From Candidatus Methylomirabilia bacterium (GTDB taxonomy: Bacteria; Methylomirabilota; Methylomirabilia; Methylomirabilales; 2-02-FULL-66-22): DNA of 36,987 nucleotides. Shown piece by piece: positions 1-7,388 of this stretch (position 1 is its first letter; each line of letters starts with the position of its first letter). The position numbers were made by a program, and so were the translations under genes. The stretch is taken from positions 1 through 36,987 of the forward strand of contig JBGPQZ010000001.1 of the NCBI GenBank assembly GCA_041489335.1. Direction: 5' to 3'. The notes under the pieces were generated by a model that was given only the letters and a program-made list of their open reading frames with translations, searched no databases and had not been told where the DNA came from.

Positions 1-275
1 CCCTGGACGATCCGAAATACGTTGCCCATAACCCGGACTTTGTCCGGGCCCTGAAGGCCGCGTACGAGGCGGCGGCGGCCCTGACGGCCCAGGGGGAGAA
101 ATGGGTGCCGCCGACGGATGTGGCCACCCGCATCCATGAGCGGGTCGGCGCGCATGCCGGCCAGGCCCTGCTGGGGAAGGTGACCCCGGAGGAGGCGGTG
201 AAGGCGGCGGCCAAGGAAGTCAGGGACATCCTGGCGAAGGCCGCGGTGAAGGAGGAGCCGGCGCCGAAGAAGTAG
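1..275 (+). CDS. 3' end of an extracellular solute-binding protein (ABC type), truncated by the window edge
   Basis: Frame is open from the window edge (first full codon at 3) to TAG 273-275. The tail ...[29 protein letters not shown]... looks like the C-terminal helix of sugar/polyol SBPs. MalF/MalG-type permease genes lie downstream. Confidence 0.55.
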   Translation, partial: LDDPKYVAHNPDFVRALKAAYEAAAALTAQGEKWVPPTDVATRIHERVGAHAGQALLGKVTPEEAVKAAAKEVRDILAKAAVKEEPAPKK

Positions 276-328
276 CCGTTCTCCCCGGCAGGGAGCCGAG
301 ACGGAGTCTTCGACCCAGGAGAGAGTCT

Positions 329-1368
329 GTGGATACCATGAGGGCCGCGGTCCTGCAGCGCCCGGGAGAGATTCGGGTGGAGCGACGGCAGGTCCCGGAC
401 CCGGGTCCCAGCGAGGTCCTCGTCCGGGTGCGAGCGGTGGGCGTATGCGGATCCGACGTGCACTATTATAGGGAGGGGCGCATTGGCCGGTACATCGTGG
501 AGAAGCCCCTCATTCTGGGCCACGAGAGCGCCGGTGAGGTGGTTGCGCTCGGGCCGGGCGTCTCACATCTATCGGTTGGCGCCCGGTCGCGCTGGAGCCC
601 GGGGTGCCGTGCCGGCGGTGCCGGTACTGCAAGAGCGGGCGGTACAACCTGTGCCCGGATGTCACGTTCATGGCGACACCGCCGGTGGACGGCGCCTTCG
701 TGGAGTACATCGCCTGGCCGGCGGACTTTGTGTATCCTCTCCCCGAGAACCTGGGCTACGCCGAGGGAGCGCTGATGGAGCCCCTAGCGGTCGGCATGCA
801 CGCCGTGCGCCGCGCCCGGCTGGTTCCGGGGGCCAGCGTGCTGGTCCTGGGCGGCGGGCCCATCGGACAACTGGCGCTCCTGGCGGCGAAGGCGGCGGGG
901 GCGGGACAAACCATCCTCGCCGATCTTGAGGACCGGCGCCTCGAGGTGGCCTCCCGGATGGGCGCGGCTGTCACCATCAACCCGAGCCGGGAATCCCTCA
1001 CAGAGGCTGCGAGGACAGCCACGGGCGGAGACGGTCCAGACCTGGTCATCGAGGCGGCCGGGAGTCCAGAGACCGCGCGACAGAGCATCGAGCTGGTGCG
1101 TCGGGGCGGCACCGTCGTCTGGATCGGGCTCCCCGGAGCGGACCCCTGTCCCGTGAGCGTCCTGCAAGCCATCGACAAGGAGGTGGACATCCTGGGGGTC
1201 TTCCGGTACGCCAATGTCTATCCCGACGCCATCCGATTGGCTGCGAGCGCCACAATCGACTTGGTCCCGCTGGTGACGCACCGGTTCCCGTTCGAGGAGA
1301 CCAGGCAAGCGCTGGAGACCGCGATCGCGCAGAAAGCCTCGGCTGTCAAGGTCCTGGTGGAGGTCTAG
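329..1368 (+). pseudogene. Zn-dependent medium-chain dehydrogenase (sorbitol / L-threonine dehydrogenase-like) with a frame break near 584-587
   Basis: ORF 329-775 carries [10 protein letters not shown] and GHESAGEV (catalytic Zn ligands). ORF 604-1368, in the adjacent frame, continues with [15 protein letters not shown] (structural Zn) and VLVLGGGPIGQL (Rossmann fold). The two frames join as ...SVG / [11 protein letters not shown]... only if one nt is restored around ggc gcc cgg tc gcg. Confidence 0.75.
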
Positions 1369-1377
1369 CCGGCGGCG

Positions 1378-2298
1378 ATGGCCGCGGTCGTGTCCGGGTG
1401 GAGACGGAATGTGAGAAAACGGCCGGGAGTCCGTGCCGAGCCCTTGCCTTGGATCTTGCCGTCCGCGCTGGCGCTCTGCCTGCTTATCGTGGTCCCGGCG
1501 GCGTTCCTGCTCTACGTGAGCCTCACCGGCTACGAGCTGGGGTTTCCCTGGGCGGACCGGACCTTCGTCGGGCTCGGCAACTATCGGGAGCTGGTGGGCG
1601 GAGGGGATTATGAGTTCTGGGTGAGCGTCAGGCGATCGGTGGCTTACGCCCTCCTCGTCACGAGCGGCTCACTCCTCCTCGGGATGGCGGTCGCGCTCCT
1701 CTTGAACAGCACGGGCCGGGGGCGGGCGGTGGTGACACTCGTCGTCATCATGCCCCTGGCCATCAGCCACGCCATCGGCGGCCTGATGTGGAAGCTGATG
1801 TATAACGTCGAGTTCGGCATCCTGAACTACGTCCTGGGAGCCCTCTTCGGCGCGAAGGTGAACTGGCTGAGCGATGCCACCGCCCTGTACGCGGTGGCGG
1901 TGGTGGGCATCTGGATGGCCGCCCCTTTCGTGGCGCTGTTCTTCCTCGCCGGCCTCCAGTCGCTCCCGCGCGCCCCCTTCGAGGCCGCGCGGGTGGAAGG
2001 GGCCTCGGCCTGGCAGACCTTCCGGCATCTCACCCTGCCCATGCTCCGGCCGATCATCCTGGTAGTCACGCTCTTCACGGTCATCGATGCCCTGCGGAGT
2101 TTCGGTTCGATCTACCTGCTCACCGAGGGCGGGCCCGGGGTGGCCACGTTGGTGCTCCCCCTCTACATGTACCGGGTGGGGTTCGGGTACTCCAGCATCC
2201 TGGGGAAGGGGTCGGCCATCGCCTTCGTCCTCATCCTGCTCACCATGACGTTGGCGGCGATGCTGGTCCGGCTCATGCGGCGCGCCAGGGAGGCGTAA
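1378..2298 (+). CDS. ABC sugar/polyol transporter permease (MalF/UgpA type)
   Basis: 306 aa, multi-TM. N-terminal FVGLGNYRELV...FWVSVRRS motif and an EAA-like loop (PFEAARVEGASAWQTFRHLTLP). Confidence 0.85.
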   Translation: MAAVVSGWRRNVRKRPGVRAEPLPWILPSALALCLLIVVPAAFLLYVSLTGYELGFPWADRTFVGLGNYRELVGGGDYEFWVSVRRSVAYALLVTSGSLLLGMAVALLLNSTGRGRAVVTLVVIMPLAISHAIGGLMWKLMYNVEFGILNYVLGALFGAKVNWLSDATALYAVAVVGIWMAAPFVALFFLAGLQSLPRAPFEAARVEGASAWQTFRHLTLPMLRPIILVVTLFTVIDALRSFGSIYLLTEGGPGVATLVLPLYMYRVGFGYSSILGKGSAIAFVLILLTMTLAAMLVRLMRRAREA

Positions 2299-2299
2299 C

Positions 2300-3118
2300 G
2301 TGCGGCGGCTCCTTCTCGCGGTGGCCCGAGGGGCCGGCCTGGGGGCGGTCGTCCTCTTCTTCGGGTTCCCCATCCTCTGGATGGTGCTCACGTCCCTGAA
2401 GGAGCGGGTGGACCTCTACCAGCCGGGGCGCTGGCTCTTCACCCCCACGTTGGACAACTACGCCGTGGCCCTGGTGAAGTACGGCATCCTGGACTACGTG
2501 AAGAACAGCGCCATCGTGGCCACGGGGAACACGATCCTGTCGCTGGCGGTGGGGGTCACGGCCGCCTATGGGCTCTCGCGCTTTACCTTCCGCGGGCGAG
2601 AGGCCGTGGCCCTGGGGATCCTGCTGGCCCGATTGTTTCCCACCATCACCCTGGTCATCCCGTTCTTCGTCCTCGCCTTCCTCCTCCGGCTACTGGACAC
2701 CCACCTCCTGCTCATCCTGATCTACCTCACCTTCAACGTGCCCTTTGTCGTCTGGGCCATGCGCGCCTACTTCCAGGACATCCCGAAGGAGATCGAGGAG
2801 GCCGCCCTGGTGGACGGCTGCAGCCGCCTGACGGCTTTCACCCGCTGCATCCTCCCGGCGGCCAGGCCCGGCCTCTTCGCCACGGCCGTGATGTGCTTCA
2901 TCCTGGCCTGGAACGAGTTCAACTACGCCCTGTTCCTGACCTCGCGGGCGGCCAAGACCGTCCCGACGGCGATCGCCTTCTTCCGGACCGAGCGCGGGAT
3001 TCTCTGGGGCGAGGTCTCCGCCCTGGGCGTGATCGCCATCCTGCCGGTGCTCCTGATCGCGGCCTTCGGCCATAAGGTCCTCTTGCGGGGCTTCAGCCTC
3101 GAAGGGAGTCAGCAGTGA
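2300..3118 (+). CDS. ABC sugar/polyol transporter permease (MalG/UgpE type)
   Basis: 272 aa. GTG start 1 nt after the upstream stop. EAA loop EIEEAALVDGCSRLTAFTRCILPAARPG. Multi-TM. Confidence 0.85.
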   Translation: MRRLLLAVARGAGLGAVVLFFGFPILWMVLTSLKERVDLYQPGRWLFTPTLDNYAVALVKYGILDYVKNSAIVATGNTILSLAVGVTAAYGLSRFTFRGREAVALGILLARLFPTITLVIPFFVLAFLLRLLDTHLLLILIYLTFNVPFVVWAMRAYFQDIPKEIEEAALVDGCSRLTAFTRCILPAARPGLFATAVMCFILAWNEFNYALFLTSRAAKTVPTAIAFFRTERGILWGEVSALGVIAILPVLLIAAFGHKVLLRGFSLEGSQQ

Positions 3119-3210
3119 GCGGATTCGATAGCCAGGAGTGGATTCCGCTCCTGGAGGGGATGTTTCATGCGGCGCGGGCTTTCCTTCTGGAGAAGGGAAG
3201 GACGGCGCGG

Positions 3211-3276
3211 GGCGGGGCGAACTATCTCCGGATGATCCGAGACGGGGACTTCTGGCAGGCCGTCCGGGTCACGGCG
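3211..3276 (+). pseudogene. Short remnant resembling the N-terminal loop of a MalF-type permease
   Basis: GANYLRMIRDGDFWQAVRVTA mirrors the GxxNY...FW...T motif of the intact permease at 1378 (GLGNYRELVGGGDYEFWVSVRRS). No TM segments follow. Confidence 0.3.
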
Positions 3277-3286
3277 CGGCCAGGGG

Positions 3287-4006
3287 GTGAACATCTTCAT
3301 CTGGTCCCAGTGGCTGTGGAGCTATGGCGGCCGGTATTTCGACGAGAAGATGCGGCCCGTCCTCAACAGCCTGGAGGCCATCAAGGCCACGGAGAAGTAT
3401 GCCGAGCTGCTCAAGAAGTTCGGCCCCAAGGGCTTCGAGGACATCACCCATCACGACATCGTGTACACCCAGTTCAGCCAGGGGAAGCTGGGGATGTTCA
3501 TCGACGCCAGCGTCTGGGTGAGCGTGCTGAACGATCCCACCAAGTCCAAGGTCGTCGGGAAGTGGTCCACAGCGATGGTCCCCAAAGGGCCCGCGGGCCG
3601 TTTTCCCGCCGTGGCAGCACAGGGCATGATGATCCCCACCGCAGCCAAGAACAAGGAGGCGGCATGGCTGTTCCTCCAGTGGTTCACCAGCAAGGACACG
3701 CAATGGAAGCGCGCCGTAAAGGTGGAGGGGGAGAAGAGCGGCGACGTGACCCGGCAATCGGTCTCTAAGGATGCCGAATACCAGAAGCTCTACGGGGGTG
3801 AGCACTGGATCGAGTCCACCTTCGAGGACGCCAAGATCGCCCGGATCGACTACCGGCCGTTCCAGCTTCCCGAGTGGGTGCAGATCGGAGACATCCTGGG
3901 CATCGCCGTCCAGGACGCCATCGCCGGCAAGAAGGGCGCCAAGGAGGCCCTGGACGAGGCCAACCAGAAGATTACGGATCTCATGAAGAAGGCCGGGTAC
4001 TTCTGA
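3287..4006 (+). pseudogene. C-terminal ~240 aa of a family-1 solute-binding protein; signal peptide and N-lobe missing
   Basis: GVNIFIWSQWLWSYGG..., MMIPTAAKNKEAAWLFLQWFTSKD and a C-terminal AIAGKKGAKEALDEANQKITDLMKKAGYF are typical of SBP middle and C-terminal regions. Only 168 nt separate it from the upstream permease, so there is no room for the N-terminal ~180 aa. Confidence 0.65.
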
Positions 4007-4018
4007 GGCGTGACACAG

Positions 4019-4049
4019 GAACGCCCGGCGGGAATCCCGCCGGGCGTTC
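4019..4049 (+). terminator. Perfect 14-bp stem / 3-nt loop hairpin downstream of the SBP fragment
   Basis: gaacgcccggcggg aat cccgccgggcgttc read directly. No trailing T-tract. Confidence 0.5.
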
Positions 4050-4062
4050 GACGTAGGCAATC

Positions 4063-4089
4063 CGCAGACTACGCAGATTCACGCAGACT
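4063..4089. repeat. Three tandem copies of the word cgcaga(c/t)t
   Basis: cgcagact 4063-4070, cgcagatt 4072-4079, cgcagact 4082-4089. The same word recurs at 14247-14264. Confidence 0.85.
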
Positions 4090-4108
4090 ATTGAGGGTCC
4101 TCTCCTCA

Positions 4109-4147
4109 AACACGAAGGCCTCGGGATCACCCCGAAGCCTTCGTGTT
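4109..4147 (-). terminator. 17-bp stem hairpin (one mismatch) downstream of the RidA-family gene
   Basis: aacacgaaggcctcggg / cccgaagccttcgtgtt read directly. Confidence 0.4.
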
Positions 4148-4151
4148 CTTG

Positions 4152-4168
4152 AATCTGTGCAATCTGTG
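4152..4168. repeat. Two tandem copies of aatctgtg (near reverse complement of the cgcagatt word)
   Basis: aatctgtg c aatctgtg. It lies across the 4109-4147 hairpin from the 4063-4089 array, in inverted orientation. Confidence 0.8.
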
Positions 4169-4227
4169 GTTGCGCTTCGGTCTTCGCTCCCCTGCCCCTC
4201 CGCCCCCTTGCGCCCCCTGCAGTCCCT

Positions 4228-4686
4228 CTAGTCCTTCACCTGGACGATCATCTCCACCTCCACCGGAATGCCCAGGGGGAGCTGGTTGGTCCCGATGGCC
4301 GAGCGGGCGTGCTGCCCCTTCTCCCCGAAGAGCTTCACCAGAAGCTCCGAGGCCCCGTTCATGACCCACGGCTGGCGCGTGAAGCCGTCCACCGACGCCA
4401 CGAAGCCCAGGAGCTTCACCACCCGCTCGATCTTGTCCAGGTCACCGATCAGGCTCTTGACGCAGGCCAGGCAGTTGACCACGCAGATCTGGGCCGCCTT
4501 GTAGCCCTGCTCCTCCGTGAGCTCCCGGCCCAGTTTCCCGGTAAACAGCGCCTTCCCGTCCACGGTCGGCCCCTGCCCCGCCGTCCACACCAGGTTCCCG
4601 ACCCTGACGGCCGGGATGTAGGCCGCCAGCGGTTTCGGGCTGGGCAGCACGAATCCCATCTTCTCCAGCTCCTGTTCGATGCGCAT
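4228..4686 (-). CDS. RidA/YjgF/L-PSP family protein
   Basis: 152 aa. Family-typical length and C-terminal ...HARSAIGTNQLPLGIPVEVEMIVQV. Confidence 0.8.
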   Translation of the reverse strand: MRIEQELEKMGFVLPSPKPLAAYIPAVRVGNLVWTAGQGPTVDGKALFTGKLGRELTEEQGYKAAQICVVNCLACVKSLIGDLDKIERVVKLLGFVASVDGFTRQPWVMNGASELLVKLFGEKGQHARSAIGTNQLPLGIPVEVEMIVQVKD

Positions 4687-4714
4687 GGCTCCTCCTCGAG
4701 TTGCGGGTGACGAA

Positions 4715-4730
4715 ACGCCAAGACGCCAAG
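4715..4730. repeat. Perfect tandem duplication of acgccaag
   Basis: acgccaag acgccaag read directly, in the spacer upstream of the RidA-family gene. Confidence 0.85.
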
Positions 4731-4805
4731 ATTCCCAGTGCCATTCACCACGGCAAACGGAAAGACCTTACCACAAAGGCTCTGAGCAATCCAGGCGAGC
4801 AGTTA

Positions 4806-5003
4806 CTACGGCAGGCTGATAGAAGTGAAGCCGAGGAAGGGGGCCTGATCGATGGGGGTGCCGGGCACGATGCGAAGGAAGTCCGTGCCGTCCCAGGGCC
4901 CGCACGCTAGACGGCGGAGATACTCCAGCGAGCCGGGGATCTCAGCGTAGGTAAGATTGAAGACCTCGGCGAACTCTCTGGCCTGCGCCCGGCCCAAGAG
5001 CAC
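4806..5003 (-). pseudogene. C-terminal remnant of a DUF1638-like gene, paralogous to 11471-12169
   Basis: LLGRAQAREFAEVFNLTYAEIPGSLEYLRRLACGPWDGTDFLRIVPGTPIDQAPFLGFTSISLP aligns residue for residue with the last ~65 aa of the 232-aa protein at 11471-12169. No N-terminal part is present. Confidence 0.7.
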
Positions 5004-5234
5004 CTTCCTCTCATCTCCAAGAGCGAGTTTTGGGTTGACACGATCTGCTCATCTAGGCCATGCTTCACCCGCTTCGGGTCGCTAGGGCCCTCGCGGGCGC
5101 GCGTCGGCATTCGGGCCATCAGGGCAAGAGGCAAATTCCTTTCACCTCATCCGGAATTTCCAATCACCTCACCGAAGACCGAGGCGCAGACAGGCCGGAC
5201 CGCGACCAACCTTTCGTGACGGAGGGACAGGACC

Positions 5235-5567
5235 GTGAGCTGCTCTTATCTGGTTCGCTACCGCGGCATGCCGGAAGACCCCGATCGATTCCTCGACTAC
5301 TACAAGACCAGCCACGGGCTGATCCTGCGGGAGTACCCCAAGATCCGCTCGTGTCTTCTGCACCGCGCCGTTCCTTGGGTGGACCCGGTTCAGGTACGCC
5401 CAGACGGGTTATTCGTCCTGGCCGAGCTCAAATTCGACTCAATCGAGGATCTGAACACCGCACTTGCCTCCGAGGTGCGCATGCGTTCCAGGGCGGATTT
5501 CACCAACTTTCCCCGCTTCAATGGGGAGATCAGCCACCAGGCCGTGATCACGGAAGTATTGTTCTGA
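5235..5567 (+). CDS. EthD-domain-like small protein
   Basis: 110 aa. GTG start preceded by GGAGGG. The pattern ...PEDPDRFLDYYKTSHGLILREYP...LAELKFDSIEDLNTALAS... matches my memory of the EthD family. Confidence 0.6.
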   Translation: MSCSYLVRYRGMPEDPDRFLDYYKTSHGLILREYPKIRSCLLHRAVPWVDPVQVRPDGLFVLAELKFDSIEDLNTALASEVRMRSRADFTNFPRFNGEISHQAVITEVLF

Positions 5568-5572
5568 TGCGT

Positions 5573-5603
5573 CCAGGTCCGCATTGCTTTGATGCGGACC
5601 CGG
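5573..5603 (+). terminator. Hairpin between the EthD-like gene and dctP (possible attenuator)
   Basis: ccaggtccgcat / atgcggacccgg: 12-bp stem with one mismatch and a 7-nt loop. Confidence 0.3.
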
Positions 5604-5626
5604 GGTAGCGAAAAGGAGGGAGGACG

Positions 5627-6628
5627 ATGTTTGGAAGAATGCTTTCCCTTGCGATTGCCCTTGTCGTGGCCATGATGTGGACCGCTCCCGCTGAAGCGGG
5701 GGCAATCAAGTGGCGGTACTTCACGTACGTCTCCCCCAACGACTTCCACGCCAAGATGAACAAGGCGTGGGCCGAGGACGTGACCAAGGCAAGCGATGGG
5801 AAGTTGGAGATCACCCATTTCGCCGCGGGCGAGCTGCCCTACAAGGCGGCGGACGTGGTCAAGGCGGTGGCCACGAACCAGATCGAGATGGGGCAGGTCG
5901 GTGCCGGGCTGATCGCGGGAGACGTGCCCGAGCTGGACGTGTTTTCCATGCCTTTCATCTGCACGACATACCCCCAGTTCGACGTCGCGGTGAAGGCCAT
6001 GGGAACGATCCCGGACGAGGTTCTGACCAAGAAGTTCGGCATCCGGGTCACCATGCAATGGCCGATCCCGGCACAGAACATCTGGCTGACCCAGAAGGTC
6101 GAGAAGCTGGATGACCTCAAGGGCCGCAAGATCCGCACCTGGAACCCTCCACAGGTGGACATGCTGAAGCTGTTTGGCGCCTCGCCCATGTCCATCGACC
6201 CGTCAGAGGTGCTCATGGCGCTGCAGCGGAAGGTGGTTGACGGCGCCATCACCTCGGCGCTTTCCGCCAACGACTGGAAGGCATACGATATCGTCAAGTA
6301 CGGCTTCATGCTGAACTTCACCATGGCCCACCAGTTCACGTTCGCCAATGTCGCGGCCTTCAACGCTTTGCCCGCGGACATGCAGAAACTAATCGTCGCC
6401 AAGTCCGAGGAATGGGCTCCTCGATACTACAAGGAGTCCGAAGCGACCGACCAAACTGCGCGCCAGAACATGCAGAAGAACGGCGTCACCCTCATCGATC
6501 CGAGCCCGGCAGACGTGAAGCGAGCACGTGAACTGCTGCACCCCTTGTGGAACGCGTGGGCGGGCAAGAACGGCCCGGTGGCCAAGCAGCTCCTGGATAA
6601 GGTGGGCGCCGCCTGCGCCGCGAACTAG
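5627..6628 (+). CDS. dctP: TRAP transporter substrate-binding protein (DctP family)
   Basis: 333 aa. Signal peptide MFGRMLSLAIALVVAMMWTAPAEA. DctP-like body. Followed by dctQ and dctM. Confidence 0.85.
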   Translation: MFGRMLSLAIALVVAMMWTAPAEAGAIKWRYFTYVSPNDFHAKMNKAWAEDVTKASDGKLEITHFAAGELPYKAADVVKAVATNQIEMGQVGAGLIAGDVPELDVFSMPFICTTYPQFDVAVKAMGTIPDEVLTKKFGIRVTMQWPIPAQNIWLTQKVEKLDDLKGRKIRTWNPPQVDMLKLFGASPMSIDPSEVLMALQRKVVDGAITSALSANDWKAYDIVKYGFMLNFTMAHQFTFANVAAFNALPADMQKLIVAKSEEWAPRYYKESEATDQTARQNMQKNGVTLIDPSPADVKRARELLHPLWNAWAGKNGPVAKQLLDKVGAACAAN

Positions 6629-6652
6629 TGGGGAGTCTGCAGTTCTCTACCT

Positions 6653-6827
6653 CGTGATCCCCGGGGGCGCTCTGACAAGCCGGGCCCGCGGGCCAGCCGG
6701 GTCCGGTCGCCGTGGTTTGCGGCAGCAAACCCGCGGCGCGGAGGAGGCGGAAGGCCGACGACCCGGAGCAAGGCTGGCCGGTTCTCGACGAGGCCTCAGG
6801 CGCGGAGGAGCGACTCCGGGGATCACG
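6653..6827. repeat. ~175-nt imperfect palindrome (nested helices) in the dctP-dctQ spacer
   Basis: Outer arms cgtgatccccgg (6653-6664) and ccggggatcacg (6816-6827) are perfect complements and extend to about 20 nt. Middle pair ggccagcc 6691-6698 / ggctggcc 6772-6779. Inner hairpin 6708-6738 (ggtttgc ggca gcaaacc). Confidence 0.75.
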
Positions 6828-6859
6828 TTCGCTTGGGCAGGATTGGAGACGATCTGAAT

Positions 6860-7384
6860 ATGGCGAGGAGATTGGAAGCCATCGACCGCGTGCTGGGGGG
6901 CATCTCCTCGGTGGCGATTCGGGTGAGTTGTGTCTTTCTGATCCTGGTGTTCGCCCTCACCAACGTCGAGATCCTCGGCCGCTACCTCCTGGGCTTCTCG
7001 ACCCTGATCGCCGAGGAGTACGTCAGCTACTTCCTCGTCTGGATGACATTCCTCGGCTACGCCGCGACACTCCGCGGCGGTCATTTCATCCGCGTGCAGG
7101 TCGTCCTCGACAAGGTCTCGCCCCGCCTCGGGGATTTCCTGCAAGGGATCGCGGCTCTCCTGAGCTGCGGGCTGTGTGTGGTGCTCACCTTCTCCCTCGC
7201 CGAGACGGTGCGCATGAGCTGGCTGTTTCATTCGGTCTCACTCCAGGTGTCGCGGACGCCGCTCGTAATCCCGCAATCCATCATGCCCGTGGCGATGGTG
7301 CTCCTGGCACTCGTCTTTCTCAATGAGGCGGTACGGCGCCTGAGGTCGGCAGTTCACCCGCCGCGTGCGAAGTCCGAGGCGTAG
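6860..7384 (+). CDS. dctQ: TRAP transporter small permease (DctQ family)
   Basis: ORF 6833-7384. ATG at 6860 (MARRLEAIDRVLGG...) is preferred. Four hydrophobic segments. Sits between dctP and dctM. Confidence 0.8.
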   Translation: MARRLEAIDRVLGGISSVAIRVSCVFLILVFALTNVEILGRYLLGFSTLIAEEYVSYFLVWMTFLGYAATLRGGHFIRVQVVLDKVSPRLGDFLQGIAALLSCGLCVVLTFSLAETVRMSWLFHSVSLQVSRTPLVIPQSIMPVAMVLLALVFLNEAVRRLRSAVHPPRAKSEA

Positions 7385-7388
7385 CGCC

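Noticed and set aside
575-600. Programmed ribosomal frameshift in the dehydrogenase gene
   Set aside because: There is no slippery X-XXY-YYZ heptamer and no obvious downstream pseudoknot at the junction. A 1-nt deletion or assembly error is the simpler explanation.
3115-3768. 217-aa ORF overlapping the permease stop, as a real gene
   Set aside because: Only its first ~55 codons resemble anything, namely a permease loop fragment. The rest runs out of frame across the recognisable SBP fragment and is Arg/Gly/His-rich.
5035-5040. TTGACA as a -35 box for the EthD-like gene
   Set aside because: No acceptable -10 hexamer lies at 16-19 nt spacing, so promoter calls in this window cannot be supported by eye.
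6653-6827. Calling the dctP-dctQ palindrome a MITE outright
   Set aside because: Terminal inverted repeats are present, but I see no target-site duplication and no second copy in this window. I kept it as a structured-repeat finding only.
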